Part shown: positions 18,749-28,642 of the stretch, in pieces
Layout: each line of letters opens with the position of its first letter
Numbering within the stretch: the first letter of the stretch is position 1
Source: Pedosphaera sp.
GTDB lineage: Bacteria > Verrucomicrobiota > Verrucomicrobiia > Limisphaerales > SIBH01
Direction: 5' to 3'
Length of the DNA stretch: 64,000 nt
Assembly (NCBI GenBank): GCA_031414955.1
Contig: JANOQV010000159.1
Location: 24,112 to 88,111, forward strand
The notes under the pieces: model-generated
The model's input: only the letters and a program-made list of their open reading frames with translations
Databases searched by the model: none
Told to the model about the DNA's origin: nothing
Position numbers and translations under genes: made by a program

Positions 18749-20503
18749 ATGCGAAGAATGAATGCGAAAGCATCGGCATCCACGCGGTCTGGGCGCAGCG
18801 GTTTGCGCCTGTGCCAGGCGGTGGCGCTTTGCGGCGTGGCCGTCCTCACCGGCTGCACGGCGGCGCAACACCGGCGCGGGGCGGACCGCGAGTCGTACAA
18901 AATCATCCAGCAGAAGGAGCAGGCCGTCCTCGGTCACACCAACGCCTTCCGCATCGACACCCCCTATTCCTCGCGCAAGCCGGATGACATCAAGTCGCCG
19001 GAAATCGTCGCCGACCGGATGCGCGAGGCGAAGCTGACGCTGACCCTGGCGGACTCCCTCCGGCTCGCGATCACGAACAGCCGGAACTACCAGCTTCGCA
19101 AGGAGCAGCTTTACCTGAGCGCGCTGACGCTGACGCGGGAGCGGTTCGAGTACGTGCCGCAGTTCTTTGCCGGCTCGACGGTGACGGGCGAACGGGCTTC
19201 CGATGGCACGCGGTCGGTGGGCGTCAAGAGCCAGGCCGGACTGGATTTGCTGCTCAAGACCGGCGGGCGGGTCAGCCTCGACCTGGCCAATGACCTTCTC
19301 CGCTTCTACACCGGCGGGCGCAGCGATTCGTCCTTCTCGACCATCGGCCTGAGCCTGGCGCAGCCGTTGCTCCGCGGCGCGGGGGCGAAGATTGCGGCGG
19401 AGAACCTGACGCAGGCCGAGCGGAACGTGATCTACGAGATTCGCAGCTTCGGTTATTTCCAGGACACGTTCGCCTTCGACATCCTCTCCACCTACCTGCG
19501 GCTGGTGCAGCAGCAGGATACGGTCAGGAATCAATACAACAATTTTCAGAGCCGAGTGACGCTGCGGGAACGCTCGGTCGCGCTGGCCGTGGACCGGCTC
19601 GCCCCATTCCAGGCCGACTTGGCGACGCAGGAGGAGCTGAGCGCGCGCAACAGCTACATCCTCGCCGTCGAGCGCTATCGCAACACGCTCGACCAGTTCA
19701 AGATCACGCTCGGCCTGCCGGTCGGCTTCGACGTGCGGCTCGATGACGGCGTGTTGAAGGATTTAGAGATGGTCGGCCTGATGCCGGTGCCGTTGGGCGA
19801 CGAACAGTCCATTCAACTCGCGCTGGTGAAGCGCCCGGACTTGTTCAACGAAATCGACACTTTCGAGGACAGCAAACGGAAGATCGAGGTGGCTGCGGAC
19901 AAGCTGAAGGGCGACCTGCTGCTTTTCGGCGACGCCTCGCTCCGCTCCGAGGGCAACCACGACTACGCCAAGTTCGACATCAACAACTACCGCGTGAACG
20001 GCGGCGTGCAGCTGGACCTCCCCATCAACCGCAAGCTGGAGCGCAACAGTTATCGTTCCTCGCTCATCTCGTTCGAGCGCCAGTTGCGCACCCTGTCGCT
20101 CTTCCTCGACGACTTGAAGAATGACCTGCGCTCGGACCTGCGCTCGCTCGACCAGTCGCGCCAGAGCTACGACATCCAGGTGCGCGCCAAGGCCCTGGCC
20201 GACCGGCGCGTGGAGAACAGCGAGCTTTCGCTCCAGGCCGGCCGCATCCAGGTGCGCGACGTGGTGGATGCGCAGACCTCGCGCGTGCAGGCCTACAACG
20301 CCGCCACCGCCGCGCTGGTCGATTATCACCTCGCGCGGATGCGCCTGCTCCTCGACCTTGGCGTGTTGAAGACGTCGAAGGAAGGGTTCTGGCTCGACGC
20401 CGGCGACTTGCCGAAAACACAAGCCGCTGTAACTCCGGCCGCGCCGGACGTGTCCAATCAGTTGATTACGCCGGAACAGCTTTTCCAGAATGACAAAAAG
20501 TAA
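18749..20503 (+). CDS. TolC-family outer membrane efflux lipoprotein
   Basis: Lipobox VLTGC, LTLADSLRLAITNS, QPLLRGAG, repeated OEP-like helical halves; upstream of adaptors and MacB. Confidence 0.85.
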   Translation: MRRMNAKASASTRSGRSGLRLCQAVALCGVAVLTGCTAAQHRRGADRESYKIIQQKEQAVLGHTNAFRIDTPYSSRKPDDIKSPEIVADRMREAKLTLTLADSLRLAITNSRNYQLRKEQLYLSALTLTRERFEYVPQFFAGSTVTGERASDGTRSVGVKSQAGLDLLLKTGGRVSLDLANDLLRFYTGGRSDSSFSTIGLSLAQPLLRGAGAKIAAENLTQAERNVIYEIRSFGYFQDTFAFDILSTYLRLVQQQDTVRNQYNNFQSRVTLRERSVALAVDRLAPFQADLATQEELSARNSYILAVERYRNTLDQFKITLGLPVGFDVRLDDGVLKDLEMVGLMPVPLGDEQSIQLALVKRPDLFNEIDTFEDSKRKIEVAADKLKGDLLLFGDASLRSEGNHDYAKFDINNYRVNGGVQLDLPINRKLERNSYRSSLISFERQLRTLSLFLDDLKNDLRSDLRSLDQSRQSYDIQVRAKALADRRVENSELSLQAGRIQVRDVVDAQTSRVQAYNAATAALVDYHLARMRLLLDLGVLKTSKEGFWLDAGDLPKTQAAVTPAAPDVSNQLITPEQLFQNDKK

Positions 20504-22061
20504 CAACGGTTCAGGGAACCAGCGCACGCGCCGGCTCGGCCTCATCGCCGGCGCGGCGGTGCTGGCGGTGCTCGCCGCCGGGATTGGCATCCGAAAGTGG
20601 GCCGCGCCCAAGGGCGAGGAGCGCCAGTTCTTCAAGGTCAAGCGCGGCGACATGCTCATCTCCATCGTCGAGGGCGGCGCGCTGCGCGCGGTCCGGGAGT
20701 CGATCATCCGCAGCGAGTTCGAGGGCATTTCGCGCATCATCAGCATCGTGCCCGAAGGCACGTACGCGAAGGAGGGGCAGTTGCTGGTCGAACTCGATTC
20801 GTCCGAGCTGAAGGACCGCGTGAACCTCCAGGAGGTCACCTACCAGAACAACGACTTCGCGTTCATCCAGGCCAAGGAGAACCTCAGCATCCAGCGCAGC
20901 CTGGTCGAGAGCCAGATCAAGGAGGCCGAGCTGCGCGTCGAGTTCGCCCGCTCCGACTTCGAGAAATACATCGAGGGCGACGCGCCGCAGCAGATCAACA
21001 CCGCCACCAACGCCATCATCATCCGCAAGGAGCAGCTCCAGCGCGCCAAGGACAAGCTCGACTGGACGCAGCAGCTCTTCAAAAAGGGCTACGCCTCGAA
21101 GTCCGAGCAGGAGGCGGACGGCCTAAGCGCGACGCAGGCGAAGATTGCCGTCGATCAGGCTGAGGAGGATTTGCGGCTCTTCCACAAATACGACATGCCC
21201 AAGAGCAAGCGCCGGCTGGAGTCCTCGCTGGACCAGTCGAAGCTCGAACTCCAGCGCCTGCGCCAGCGCACCTCGAACCAGGTCGCGCAGGCCGAGGCCA
21301 ACCTTCGCACCAGCCAGCGCGCGCTCGAGTTGACGCTTGATAAGCTCAAGGAGCTCAAGCAGCAGTTGGAGAACTCGAAGATCAAGGCTCCGCAGGACGG
21401 CCTGGTCGTTTATGCGTCGAGCAGTTTCGGCGACCGCGGCCAGATGCTCATCGAGGAGGGCGCGCAGATTCGCCAGCGGCAGGAAATCATCAAGCTGCCC
21501 GACGTGTCGCAGATGATTGTTGAAATCCGCGTCCACGAATCGCATGTGCTGCAAATTCATCCCGGCCAGGAAGCCTTCGTGACCATCGACTCCATGCCCG
21601 ACCGGCGCTTCAAGTCCAAGGTCACCAAGGTCGCCGTGCTGCCGAATTCGCAGGACCGCTGGATGAACCCGAACCTCAAGGTCTATTCCACCGACGTGCT
21701 CATCGAGGAGCAGTTGCCGGACTTGAAGCCGGGCGCGTCGGCGCGCGCGGAAATCACCATCACAAACCTCGTCAACGCGCTCACCGTGCCGCTGCAATCA
21801 GTCACCACGGTCAAGGGCCGCCAGGTCTGCTACGTGCAAAGCGGCGGCGACCTCACGCCCGTGCCTGTCACGGTCGGGAACTTTAACGACCAGTTCATCG
21901 AAATCCGCTCCGGCCTCAACGAGGGCGATCAGGTCGCGCTCACACCGCCGGCACCTGGCGGCGATGACACCGGCTCCGCCAGCCCGGCGGTTTCGGCCGT
22001 GGAGACACGTCCCAAGTCCGCCGCCGCCGAGAAACCCGGCCCCAGCCCGAAGCGCCTATGA
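20490..22061 (+). CDS. Efflux periplasmic adaptor (MacA/HlyD-like), copy 1
   Basis: N-terminal TM, IVPEGTYAKEGQLLVELD lipoyl half, long coiled coil, IKAPQDGLVVY. Confidence 0.88.
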   Translation: MTKSNNGSGNQRTRRLGLIAGAAVLAVLAAGIGIRKWAAPKGEERQFFKVKRGDMLISIVEGGALRAVRESIIRSEFEGISRIISIVPEGTYAKEGQLLVELDSSELKDRVNLQEVTYQNNDFAFIQAKENLSIQRSLVESQIKEAELRVEFARSDFEKYIEGDAPQQINTATNAIIIRKEQLQRAKDKLDWTQQLFKKGYASKSEQEADGLSATQAKIAVDQAEEDLRLFHKYDMPKSKRRLESSLDQSKLELQRLRQRTSNQVAQAEANLRTSQRALELTLDKLKELKQQLENSKIKAPQDGLVVYASSSFGDRGQMLIEEGAQIRQRQEIIKLPDVSQMIVEIRVHESHVLQIHPGQEAFVTIDSMPDRRFKSKVTKVAVLPNSQDRWMNPNLKVYSTDVLIEEQLPDLKPGASARAEITITNLVNALTVPLQSVTTVKGRQVCYVQSGGDLTPVPVTVGNFNDQFIEIRSGLNEGDQVALTPPAPGGDDTGSASPAVSAVETRPKSAAAEKPGPSPKRL

Positions 22062-24124
22062 ACCCGCGCCGCCCGCGCCACCGGGGATCAGGATGGAAGT
22101 GGGCCGCGCTCGCCGTGGTCCTGCTGGCCGGATTCTTCCTCGCGCGCGGCTCGTTCCGACGGCTGCACAAGACCTTTCCGTCCAACGCATTTTACCAGGT
22201 CAAGCGCGCGGACATGCTTATTTCCATCACCGAGGAAGGGGCGTTGCGTGCGTTGAACGAGACGGTGATTCGCAGCGGTCTCGACGGCTACAACCGCATC
22301 ATCCAACTGGCGCCCGAAGGCTCATACGTGCAGAAGGGCGACCTGCTGGTCGAGCTCGACAGTTCCGGCGTGAAGGAGAAGTTGAACGAGCAGGAGTTGC
22401 TCCAGCAACAGTCGCTCTTCTTCGTGCAGCAGGCGCAGGGCAACGTGGCCATCCAGAAGCTGATGGCCGAAAGCCAGATCAAGGACGCAGAGGTGGCGGT
22501 CGAGGACGCCTTGTCGGACTTGGAAAAATACCGCGACGGGGACGCGCCGCTGCTGATCAAGACCATCGAGGCCCGCAGCGCCGTGCTGGCCGAGCAGGTG
22601 CGCATCGCCGGCGAGCGTTCCGTGCGCACCGAGCAGTTGTTCAAGTCCGGCAACGCCACGCGCTCCGACCTTGAGGCCGACGCCCTGAGCCTGAAGCGCG
22701 AGCAACTGGGCATCGCGCAGTATCAGGAGGATTTGCGCCTGATCAAAAAATACGACCGCCCGAATCAGATCCGCCTGCTGCAATCGAAGGTCGAGCAGGC
22801 GCGCGCCGAACTGGTCCGCATCAAGCAGCGGACCTCGAACGAGATTGCCCAGGCCGAGGCGGACTTGAAGACGAGCCAGGGCGCGCTCGATTTCGTCGAG
22901 GAGGGGTTGGAGCAGCAACAGCGGCGGCTCGCGAACACGAAAATCTTTGCGCCGCAGAATGGCCTCGTGGTCTATGCGTCGGTCAGTCCCTTTCAGTCCG
23001 GCGGCGGCGACGACGAACGGCGGCGCATGGAGGGACGGTCCCGCTCCGGGGGCGGGCGCAGCGGCGGCGGGGAATTTCGCGGCGGCGGCGGGCGCGGCAG
23101 TCGCGGCAGCTCCGACGGCGGCTCGGGTAATTCATCGGGGAACAGTTCGCGCGGCGGCTCTTCCACTTCCGCCGCGGATGCCATCGCAACGGGAAACCAG
23201 CGCATCGCCAACGCGCAAAGCGGATCAGTGGCCGCGGAGGGTGCCGGTGCCGCCGTGGCGGGTGGCGGCGGACGCTCAGGTGGCGATGCGAGCGGCGGCG
23301 GCTCGGGAGGTCAGGGCGTGAGCAGTGCGGCTTCAGCGTTTGTCTCCTACCCGACGTTGCGGCCGAGTTCCCGCTTCGGCGCGGCCACGGCGACCAACTC
23401 CTCTCCGGCCAGCACGGCGGGTGCGGCGGATTCCACGACCGCCGCCGCCAGCAGCAGCACACCGACCACGGCGAACCAGTTTGGATCTCGCTCCAGCAGT
23501 TCCCGCAATTCTGACTGGAGCGACCTGCCGTTCACGCCCGGGATGCTGGAGGAAGGCATCATGGTCCGCCAGCGCCAGGAACTCATCCGCCTGCCCGACG
23601 TGTCCAAGATGCTCGCGGAAGTCAAAATCGAGGAGGCGCGCATCAGCCAGGTGCGCGCGGGCATGACGGCCTACCTCGCGGTGCAGAACCTTCCGGGCCG
23701 CCGCTTCCAGGGCACGGTGCGGCATGTGGGCCTGCTGCCGGACGCGCAATCAAGCTGGCTGAACCCGGACAAGAAGCTCTTTGCCACGGACGTGCTGGTG
23801 GACGAGCAACTGCCCATCCTCAAACCCGGCGTGACCGCGAACATCGAAATCGTCATCACCAACCTGACCAAAGTCCTGAGTGTGCCGATCCAGACCGTGG
23901 CGCGGCAGAACGGCCAGCGCGTCTGCCTGGTGAAGCGCGGCGCGCGCGTCACACCTGTGCCCGTCACCACCGGCTGGTTCAACGACATCTTCATCGAGAT
24001 CACTTCCGGATTGAAGGAAGGCGACCTCGTGCTGCTGGCGCCCGACACGGACGAAGAGGACGAGGAAGGCGCGTCGAACAAGGTCAATGCGGCGGCGAGT
24101 CAGCCACGTCGTGAACAAAACTGA
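22058..24124 (+). CDS. Efflux periplasmic adaptor (MacA/HlyD-like), copy 2, with Gly/Ser-rich insertion
   Basis: Paralog of the upstream adaptor (PEGSYVQKGDLLVELD, IFAPQNGLVVY, VRQRQELIRLPD) with about 180 aa low-complexity insert. Confidence 0.85.
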   Translation: MNPRRPRHRGSGWKWAALAVVLLAGFFLARGSFRRLHKTFPSNAFYQVKRADMLISITEEGALRALNETVIRSGLDGYNRIIQLAPEGSYVQKGDLLVELDSSGVKEKLNEQELLQQQSLFFVQQAQGNVAIQKLMAESQIKDAEVAVEDALSDLEKYRDGDAPLLIKTIEARSAVLAEQVRIAGERSVRTEQLFKSGNATRSDLEADALSLKREQLGIAQYQEDLRLIKKYDRPNQIRLLQSKVEQARAELVRIKQRTSNEIAQAEADLKTSQGALDFVEEGLEQQQRRLANTKIFAPQNGLVVYASVSPFQSGGGDDERRRMEGRSRSGGGRSGGGEFRGGGGRGSRGSSDGGSGNSSGNSSRGGSSTSAADAIATGNQRIANAQSGSVAAEGAGAAVAGGGGRSGGDASGGGSGGQGVSSAASAFVSYPTLRPSSRFGAATATNSSPASTAGAADSTTAAASSSTPTTANQFGSRSSSSRNSDWSDLPFTPGMLEEGIMVRQRQELIRLPDVSKMLAEVKIEEARISQVRAGMTAYLAVQNLPGRRFQGTVRHVGLLPDAQSSWLNPDKKLFATDVLVDEQLPILKPGVTANIEIVITNLTKVLSVPIQTVARQNGQRVCLVKRGARVTPVPVTTGWFNDIFIEITSGLKEGDLVLLAPDTDEEDEEGASNKVNAAASQPRREQN

Positions 24125-24137
24125 ATCTCAGGCCCGC

Positions 24138-26201
24138 ATGAAACCCGCCGCCATCATCCGCATCACCGGTGTCGAGAAGACCTACGACATGGGCGAAGTC
24201 CAGGTGCGCGCGTTGAGCGGCGTGAACCTCGAAATTCTTGAAGGCGATTACGTCGCCATCATGGGGCCGTCCGGTTCCGGCAAATCCACGCTGCTCAATT
24301 TGCTCGGCTGCCTCGACCGGCCCACCGCCGGCACCTACCACCTCGGCGAGGACGACGTTTCGCAGATGAGCGATGACGAACTTTCCGAGGTGCGCGGGCG
24401 CAAGATCGGTTTCATTTTCCAGAGCTACAATCTCATCCACCAGCTCTCGGTGATTGAGAATATCCAGATGCCGCTGTTCTACCAGGGCCTCGACACGCCG
24501 GGGAACAACCAGCGCTGCGAACAGTTCGCCGGCCTCGTCGGGCTGGCGGACCGGCTCGACCACCGGCCGAACCAGCTTTCCGGCGGCCAGCAGCAACGCG
24601 TGGCCGTGGCCCGCTCGCTGGTCAACGACCCGCTGATGATTCTGGCCGACGAGCCGACCGGCAACCTCGACTCCAAGACCGGCCAGGAAATCCTCGACCT
24701 GATGGACCGCCTCAACCAGGGCGGCAAGACCATCATCCTCGTCACGCACGATCCGAACACCGCCGCGCGGGCCCGCCGCGTCGTCCACATGAAGGACGGC
24801 CTGGTGGATCGCATCGTCACCAACGAGCGCCGCGCCGTCACCGCGACGAACGTGCCCGCCACCGCGCTGGACGAGTCCGGTGCGAACGGCCAGTCGCAGT
24901 CTCTCACGCGCCGGTTCATGCGCCCGTTGCGCACGATGCAAATCGGGACCAAGAGCCTGCTCCTGCACAAACTGCGCTCGGTGCTCACCATGCTCGGCAT
25001 CATCTTCGGCGTCTGCTCCGTCATCGCCATGCTCGCCATTGGCGAGGGTGCGTCCTATGAGGCGCAGGAGAAGATCAAGAAGATGGGCAGCGCGAACATC
25101 ATCGTGCGCGCGGTCAAGCCGCCCGAGGATTCCCAGGCCGGCACGTCGTCTTCGGGGCGCGGCTCGGTCATCGAGTACGGTCTCACCTACAAGGACGCCA
25201 GCCGCATTGAGGCCACCATTCCCGGCATCCGGCATGTGCTGCCCATGCGGTTGATTCGCGAGAACGTCCGCTTCTTCCGCAACGAGGTCGCCGGCCAGAT
25301 TGTCGGCACGCAGCCGCTTTACCACGACATCGCCGGGCTCGACACCCTGCGGGGGCGGTTCATCACCGAGATCGACGACCTGCACCAGAACAACACCTGC
25401 GCCATCTCCGAGGGGCTGGCCCGGCGGCTCTTTCCTTACCAGGACCCGCTCGACCAGGAGGTGAAGATCGGCGCGCACTACTATCAGGTCGTCGGGCTGG
25501 TGCGCGAAACGAGCACCGAGCAGAAGCGTCCGCAGTCCGGCGACGTCACCGGCCAGCCGCTCGACAACAACGTGTACATCCCGCTCTCCGCCGCGCGCAG
25601 CCGTTTCGGCGAGACGCTCGTCCGCCGTTCCGCCGGCAGCCAGGAACAGGAGCGCGTGCAGTTGCACCAGATCACCATCCAGTTCGCCGACACGTCCGGC
25701 GTGGAGACGGCCGTGCCGCAAATCGAAGCGCTGCTCAAACGCTTCCACGCCAAACGCGACTACGAACTGATCGTCCCGCTGCAATTGCTGCGGCAGGCCG
25801 AAGAGACCAAGCGCATCTTCAACATCGTGCTCGGCTCGATCGCGGCCATCTCGCTGCTCGTCGGCGGCATCGGCATCATGAACATCATGCTTGCGACCGT
25901 GACCGAGCGGACGAGAGAGATCGGTGTGCGCCGCGCCCTCGGGGCTAAGCAGCGCGACATCACCTCGCAGTTCCTGATCGAGGCAATGGTGCTGGCCATC
26001 GGCGGCGGTTTGATTGGCGTGGCCCTCGGGGTGTTGACGCCGTTGATTGTCTCGCAACTGGCCAACATGCGGACCATCGTCACGCCGCTCTCCGTGCTGC
26101 TGGCCTTCAGCACCTCGGGCGCGGTCGGCATCATCTTCGGCTGGTACCCCGCCTCGCGCGCCGCGAAGCTCGATCCCATCGAGGCGCTGCGGCACGAGTG
26201 A
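24138..26201 (+). CDS. macB: MacB-type ABC transporter, fused ATPase/permease
   Basis: GPSGSGKST, LSGGQQQRVA, ILADEPTGNLD, LRSVLTMLGIIFG, GGIGIMNIMLATVTERTREIG, DPIEALRHE; start could be GTG 24111. Confidence 0.88.
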   Translation: MKPAAIIRITGVEKTYDMGEVQVRALSGVNLEILEGDYVAIMGPSGSGKSTLLNLLGCLDRPTAGTYHLGEDDVSQMSDDELSEVRGRKIGFIFQSYNLIHQLSVIENIQMPLFYQGLDTPGNNQRCEQFAGLVGLADRLDHRPNQLSGGQQQRVAVARSLVNDPLMILADEPTGNLDSKTGQEILDLMDRLNQGGKTIILVTHDPNTAARARRVVHMKDGLVDRIVTNERRAVTATNVPATALDESGANGQSQSLTRRFMRPLRTMQIGTKSLLLHKLRSVLTMLGIIFGVCSVIAMLAIGEGASYEAQEKIKKMGSANIIVRAVKPPEDSQAGTSSSGRGSVIEYGLTYKDASRIEATIPGIRHVLPMRLIRENVRFFRNEVAGQIVGTQPLYHDIAGLDTLRGRFITEIDDLHQNNTCAISEGLARRLFPYQDPLDQEVKIGAHYYQVVGLVRETSTEQKRPQSGDVTGQPLDNNVYIPLSAARSRFGETLVRRSAGSQEQERVQLHQITIQFADTSGVETAVPQIEALLKRFHAKRDYELIVPLQLLRQAEETKRIFNIVLGSIAAISLLVGGIGIMNIMLATVTERTREIGVRRALGAKQRDITSQFLIEAMVLAIGGGLIGVALGVLTPLIVSQLANMRTIVTPLSVLLAFSTSGAVGIIFGWYPASRAAKLDPIEALRHE

Positions 26202-26295
26202 GGGGGCAGTGTTCAGTGTTCAGCATGATCGGAGGGTCTCGCCCGGCCTCGCTCGGCCAAGGCGCACTGAGAACTGTGCGCTGGGCAACCCTCCT

Positions 26296-26373
26296 CATTC
26301 TCCTGCCAGCAATTCTCTCTGCCACTATTTCCTGACCGGATAAATGGCAGAAAGAATTGCTGGCAGAAAAATG
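26296..26373. repeat. Palindromic element, TTTCTGCCA family, copy 2
   Basis: CATTCTCCTGCCAGCAATTCTCTCTGCCA...TGGCAGAAAGAATTGCTGGCAGAAAAATG. Confidence 0.75.
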
Positions 26374-26443
26374 GGCGAGCGGCTGCAACCGCAAAATGAC
26401 GTGCCTGGTCTGGTGCTGCGAGCGACTATCCGGCACCCTGAAC

Positions 26444-26480
26444 AAAAGAGAAAGCCACGCTCCTGAGCGTGGCTCCTCTT
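26444..26480 (-). terminator. Rho-independent terminator
   Basis: Stem AGCCACGCTC/GAGCGTGGCT with a T-rich tail on the minus strand, just downstream of the small ORF. Confidence 0.7.
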
Positions 26481-26505
26481 ACTGCTGAATTTTGGAGTGA
26501 TGTCG

Positions 26506-26670
26506 TTAGGCGAGGCTTTCCTCGCCCCAGTCTCCGAGCCGCAGGATGCCCTTCACCTTGCGGCGTTCGTAGCGGTGTTTCTCAGCCTTCTTGGGCTGGT
26601 CGGTGATTTTGCGGAAGGAGTTCTTCGGGTTTCGAACAACTTCTGTGATGAGCTCTAACGTTTTAATCAT
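26506..26670 (-). CDS. Small basic protein, 54 aa, absent from the ORF track
   Basis: MIKTLELITEVVRNPKNSFRKITDQPKKAEKHRYERRKVKGILRLGDWGEESLA*; AAAAGGT upstream, GC3-rich codons, own terminator. Confidence 0.7.
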   Translation of the reverse strand: MIKTLELITEVVRNPKNSFRKITDQPKKAEKHRYERRKVKGILRLGDWGEESLA

Positions 26671-26895
26671 AGCGCATTACCTTTTGTTGCCTGACTGCTA
26701 GCTGTCTTCATGCCAGCGGCACCCGGTCTTCAATCAGAACCAACCAATGCCCCTGGCAATCGTTTTCTGGAGCTATTCGGATGTATTGATGCCAGACAGG
26801 TCTCGGGTGTTCAAAAATTAATTTGCGGAATTTTTGCCAGCGCGCCCGGGAGGTGACCTGTCCCGCTTTGGGCAGAATGCACCATTTTGGGCGCG

Positions 26896-27795
26896 TCAAG
26901 GGCGGAATTGAAACGCGCCGGAACGCCATTCTCCCGCCATTTTTTGGGCAATGAGCTTCATCCCGGCCGTCTCGTAGGCGCGGCGCACGGAGGGAAATTG
27001 TACGTTCAAGATTCCGGCCAGCACCAGCGTGCCCTCGGGAGCCAGCCGGGCGAGCAGCCGCTCCCGTTCCTGGATGAGCAGGTCATACATCAGGTTCGCG
27101 CACACCACATCAAAGGGCTTCCTCACGGCGACGGGAAGCTTGGTGAGATCCTGACGCAAGATGCGGAGGCCGGCCGCATTGAAGGCGGCGTTCTCTTTCG
27201 CCACGCGCACAGCGTCTGGATCAAAGTCGAAGGCCACCACCGGCGCATAGCCCAGCTTGGTCGCCGCGATGGCGAGAATCCCCGAACCGCACCCGGCATC
27301 GAGCAAGGTCTGGGCGGTGCCCGCAGCACGGCGGGACGCAATTTGCTCCAGGCAAAAGCTGGTGGTGGGATGATGGCCTGTGCCGAAGCTCAGTCCCGGA
27401 TCTAGCACCACGACCGCCTGGCCGGGCTTGGCCCGCACTCGGCTCCAACTGGGTAACACCAGCAGTTGGCGACTGATCTCCAACGGCTTGAAATGCCGCT
27501 TCCAGGACTCGGCCCAATTTTCACGCGGAATGCGGCGTGCGGAAAGCCGCGCGCGCCCGAGGTTTAATCCCGCCGCCGTCAGTTCGCGCAAGGCCCGCTG
27601 AAGGCCCGTCCGATGGCGCGGCCCGAAACGCGGCAGGAAAACTGAAACCACTGTCGTGTGCTTCTCGAGGTCGGTGTAGATGGCGGCCGGTTGGCCAAAG
27701 AGCCGGGCGAACATCTCCACCACCGCCTCCTCGGCCTCGGGAGTGGTGCCGACGGAGACCTTCCAGAGTGAACCGCGCGACGGAAGTTTGCTCAC
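26896..27795 (-). CDS. prmA: Ribosomal protein L11 methyltransferase
   Basis: ENWAESWKRHFKP, LDPGLSFGTGHHPTT, LLDAGCGSGILAI, FDVVCANL; GTG start inferred. Confidence 0.93.
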   Translation of the reverse strand: MSKLPSRGSLWKVSVGTTPEAEEAVVEMFARLFGQPAAIYTDLEKHTTVVSVFLPRFGPRHRTGLQRALRELTAAGLNLGRARLSARRIPRENWAESWKRHFKPLEISRQLLVLPSWSRVRAKPGQAVVVLDPGLSFGTGHHPTTSFCLEQIASRRAAGTAQTLLDAGCGSGILAIAATKLGYAPVVAFDFDPDAVRVAKENAAFNAAGLRILRQDLTKLPVAVRKPFDVVCANLMYDLLIQERERLLARLAPEGTLVLAGILNVQFPSVRRAYETAGMKLIAQKMAGEWRSGAFQFRP

Positions 27796-27817
27796 GGTGA
27801 AATCAAGTTGCGGACGC

Positions 27818-28561
27818 TCAGGCGAGCGCCGCTTGCTGCGCCGCGAGCAATTGCAACACGCCGATGCGTCCGAACTCCAGCAACGCGTCAAGCTGCGCGC
27901 GGGTGAAGGTGGCCTCTTCCCCGGTGCCTTGCACCTCGATGAACTCCCCGGCCCCGTTCATGACGATGTTCATGTCCACCGCCGCCGCCACGTCTTCTGT
28001 GTAGCAAAGATCCGTCATGGCCGCACCGTCGATGAGGCCGACGCTCACCGCCGCCACGGGGCTGAGGAGCGGATCGACCTTGAGCTTGCCTTCGCCCGTG
28101 AGCTTGCGCACCGCCAAGGCAAGCGCGACATACGCGCCGGTGATCGAAGCCGTGCGCGTGCCGCCATCCGCCTGCAACACGTCGCAATCCACACAGATGG
28201 TGCGCGAACCAATCTTCTCCAGGTCAATGGCCGCCCGCATGGCCCGCCCGATGAGCCGTTGAATCTCCGACGAGCGTCCGTCGAGTTTGCCCTTCGAGAT
28301 GTCGCGCGGTTTTCGCGTCAGCGTCGAGTAGGGCAGCATCGAATACTCCGCCGTGATCCAGCCGCCGGTGACGTTCTGCTCCTTCATCCAGCGCGGCACG
28401 GATTCCTCGACGGTCACACCACAGATGACGCGTGTGTTTCCCCATTCGACCAGGGTCGAACCGGCGGCATAAGGCGCGATGTGATTCTGGAACCGCAACG
28501 GGCGGATCTGGTCGGGCCGACGTCCATCGACGCGGCTCTTGGGTGAATTGACTTCAGACAT
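27818..28561 (-). CDS. rph: Ribonuclease PH
   Basis: GWITAEYSMLP, GRSSEIQRLIGR, DCDVLQADGGTRTASITG, EVQGTGE. Confidence 0.97.
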   Translation of the reverse strand: MSEVNSPKSRVDGRRPDQIRPLRFQNHIAPYAAGSTLVEWGNTRVICGVTVEESVPRWMKEQNVTGGWITAEYSMLPYSTLTRKPRDISKGKLDGRSSEIQRLIGRAMRAAIDLEKIGSRTICVDCDVLQADGGTRTASITGAYVALALAVRKLTGEGKLKVDPLLSPVAAVSVGLIDGAAMTDLCYTEDVAAAVDMNIVMNGAGEFIEVQGTGEEATFTRAQLDALLEFGRIGVLQLLAAQQAALA

Positions 28562-28642
28562 GCGCGCGAGGGTAGGAGCGCGCCGGTGGAACATAAAAGG
28601 GCAAAGTGCATCCCGTCGCCCGTCTGCTGTAGTGCGGCGTGC

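Noticed and set aside
24084..26195. 703-aa minus-strand ORF, and similar long antisense ORFs over pst, kinase and permease genes
   Set aside because: Expected stop-poor shadows in high-GC coding DNA; no recognisable motifs
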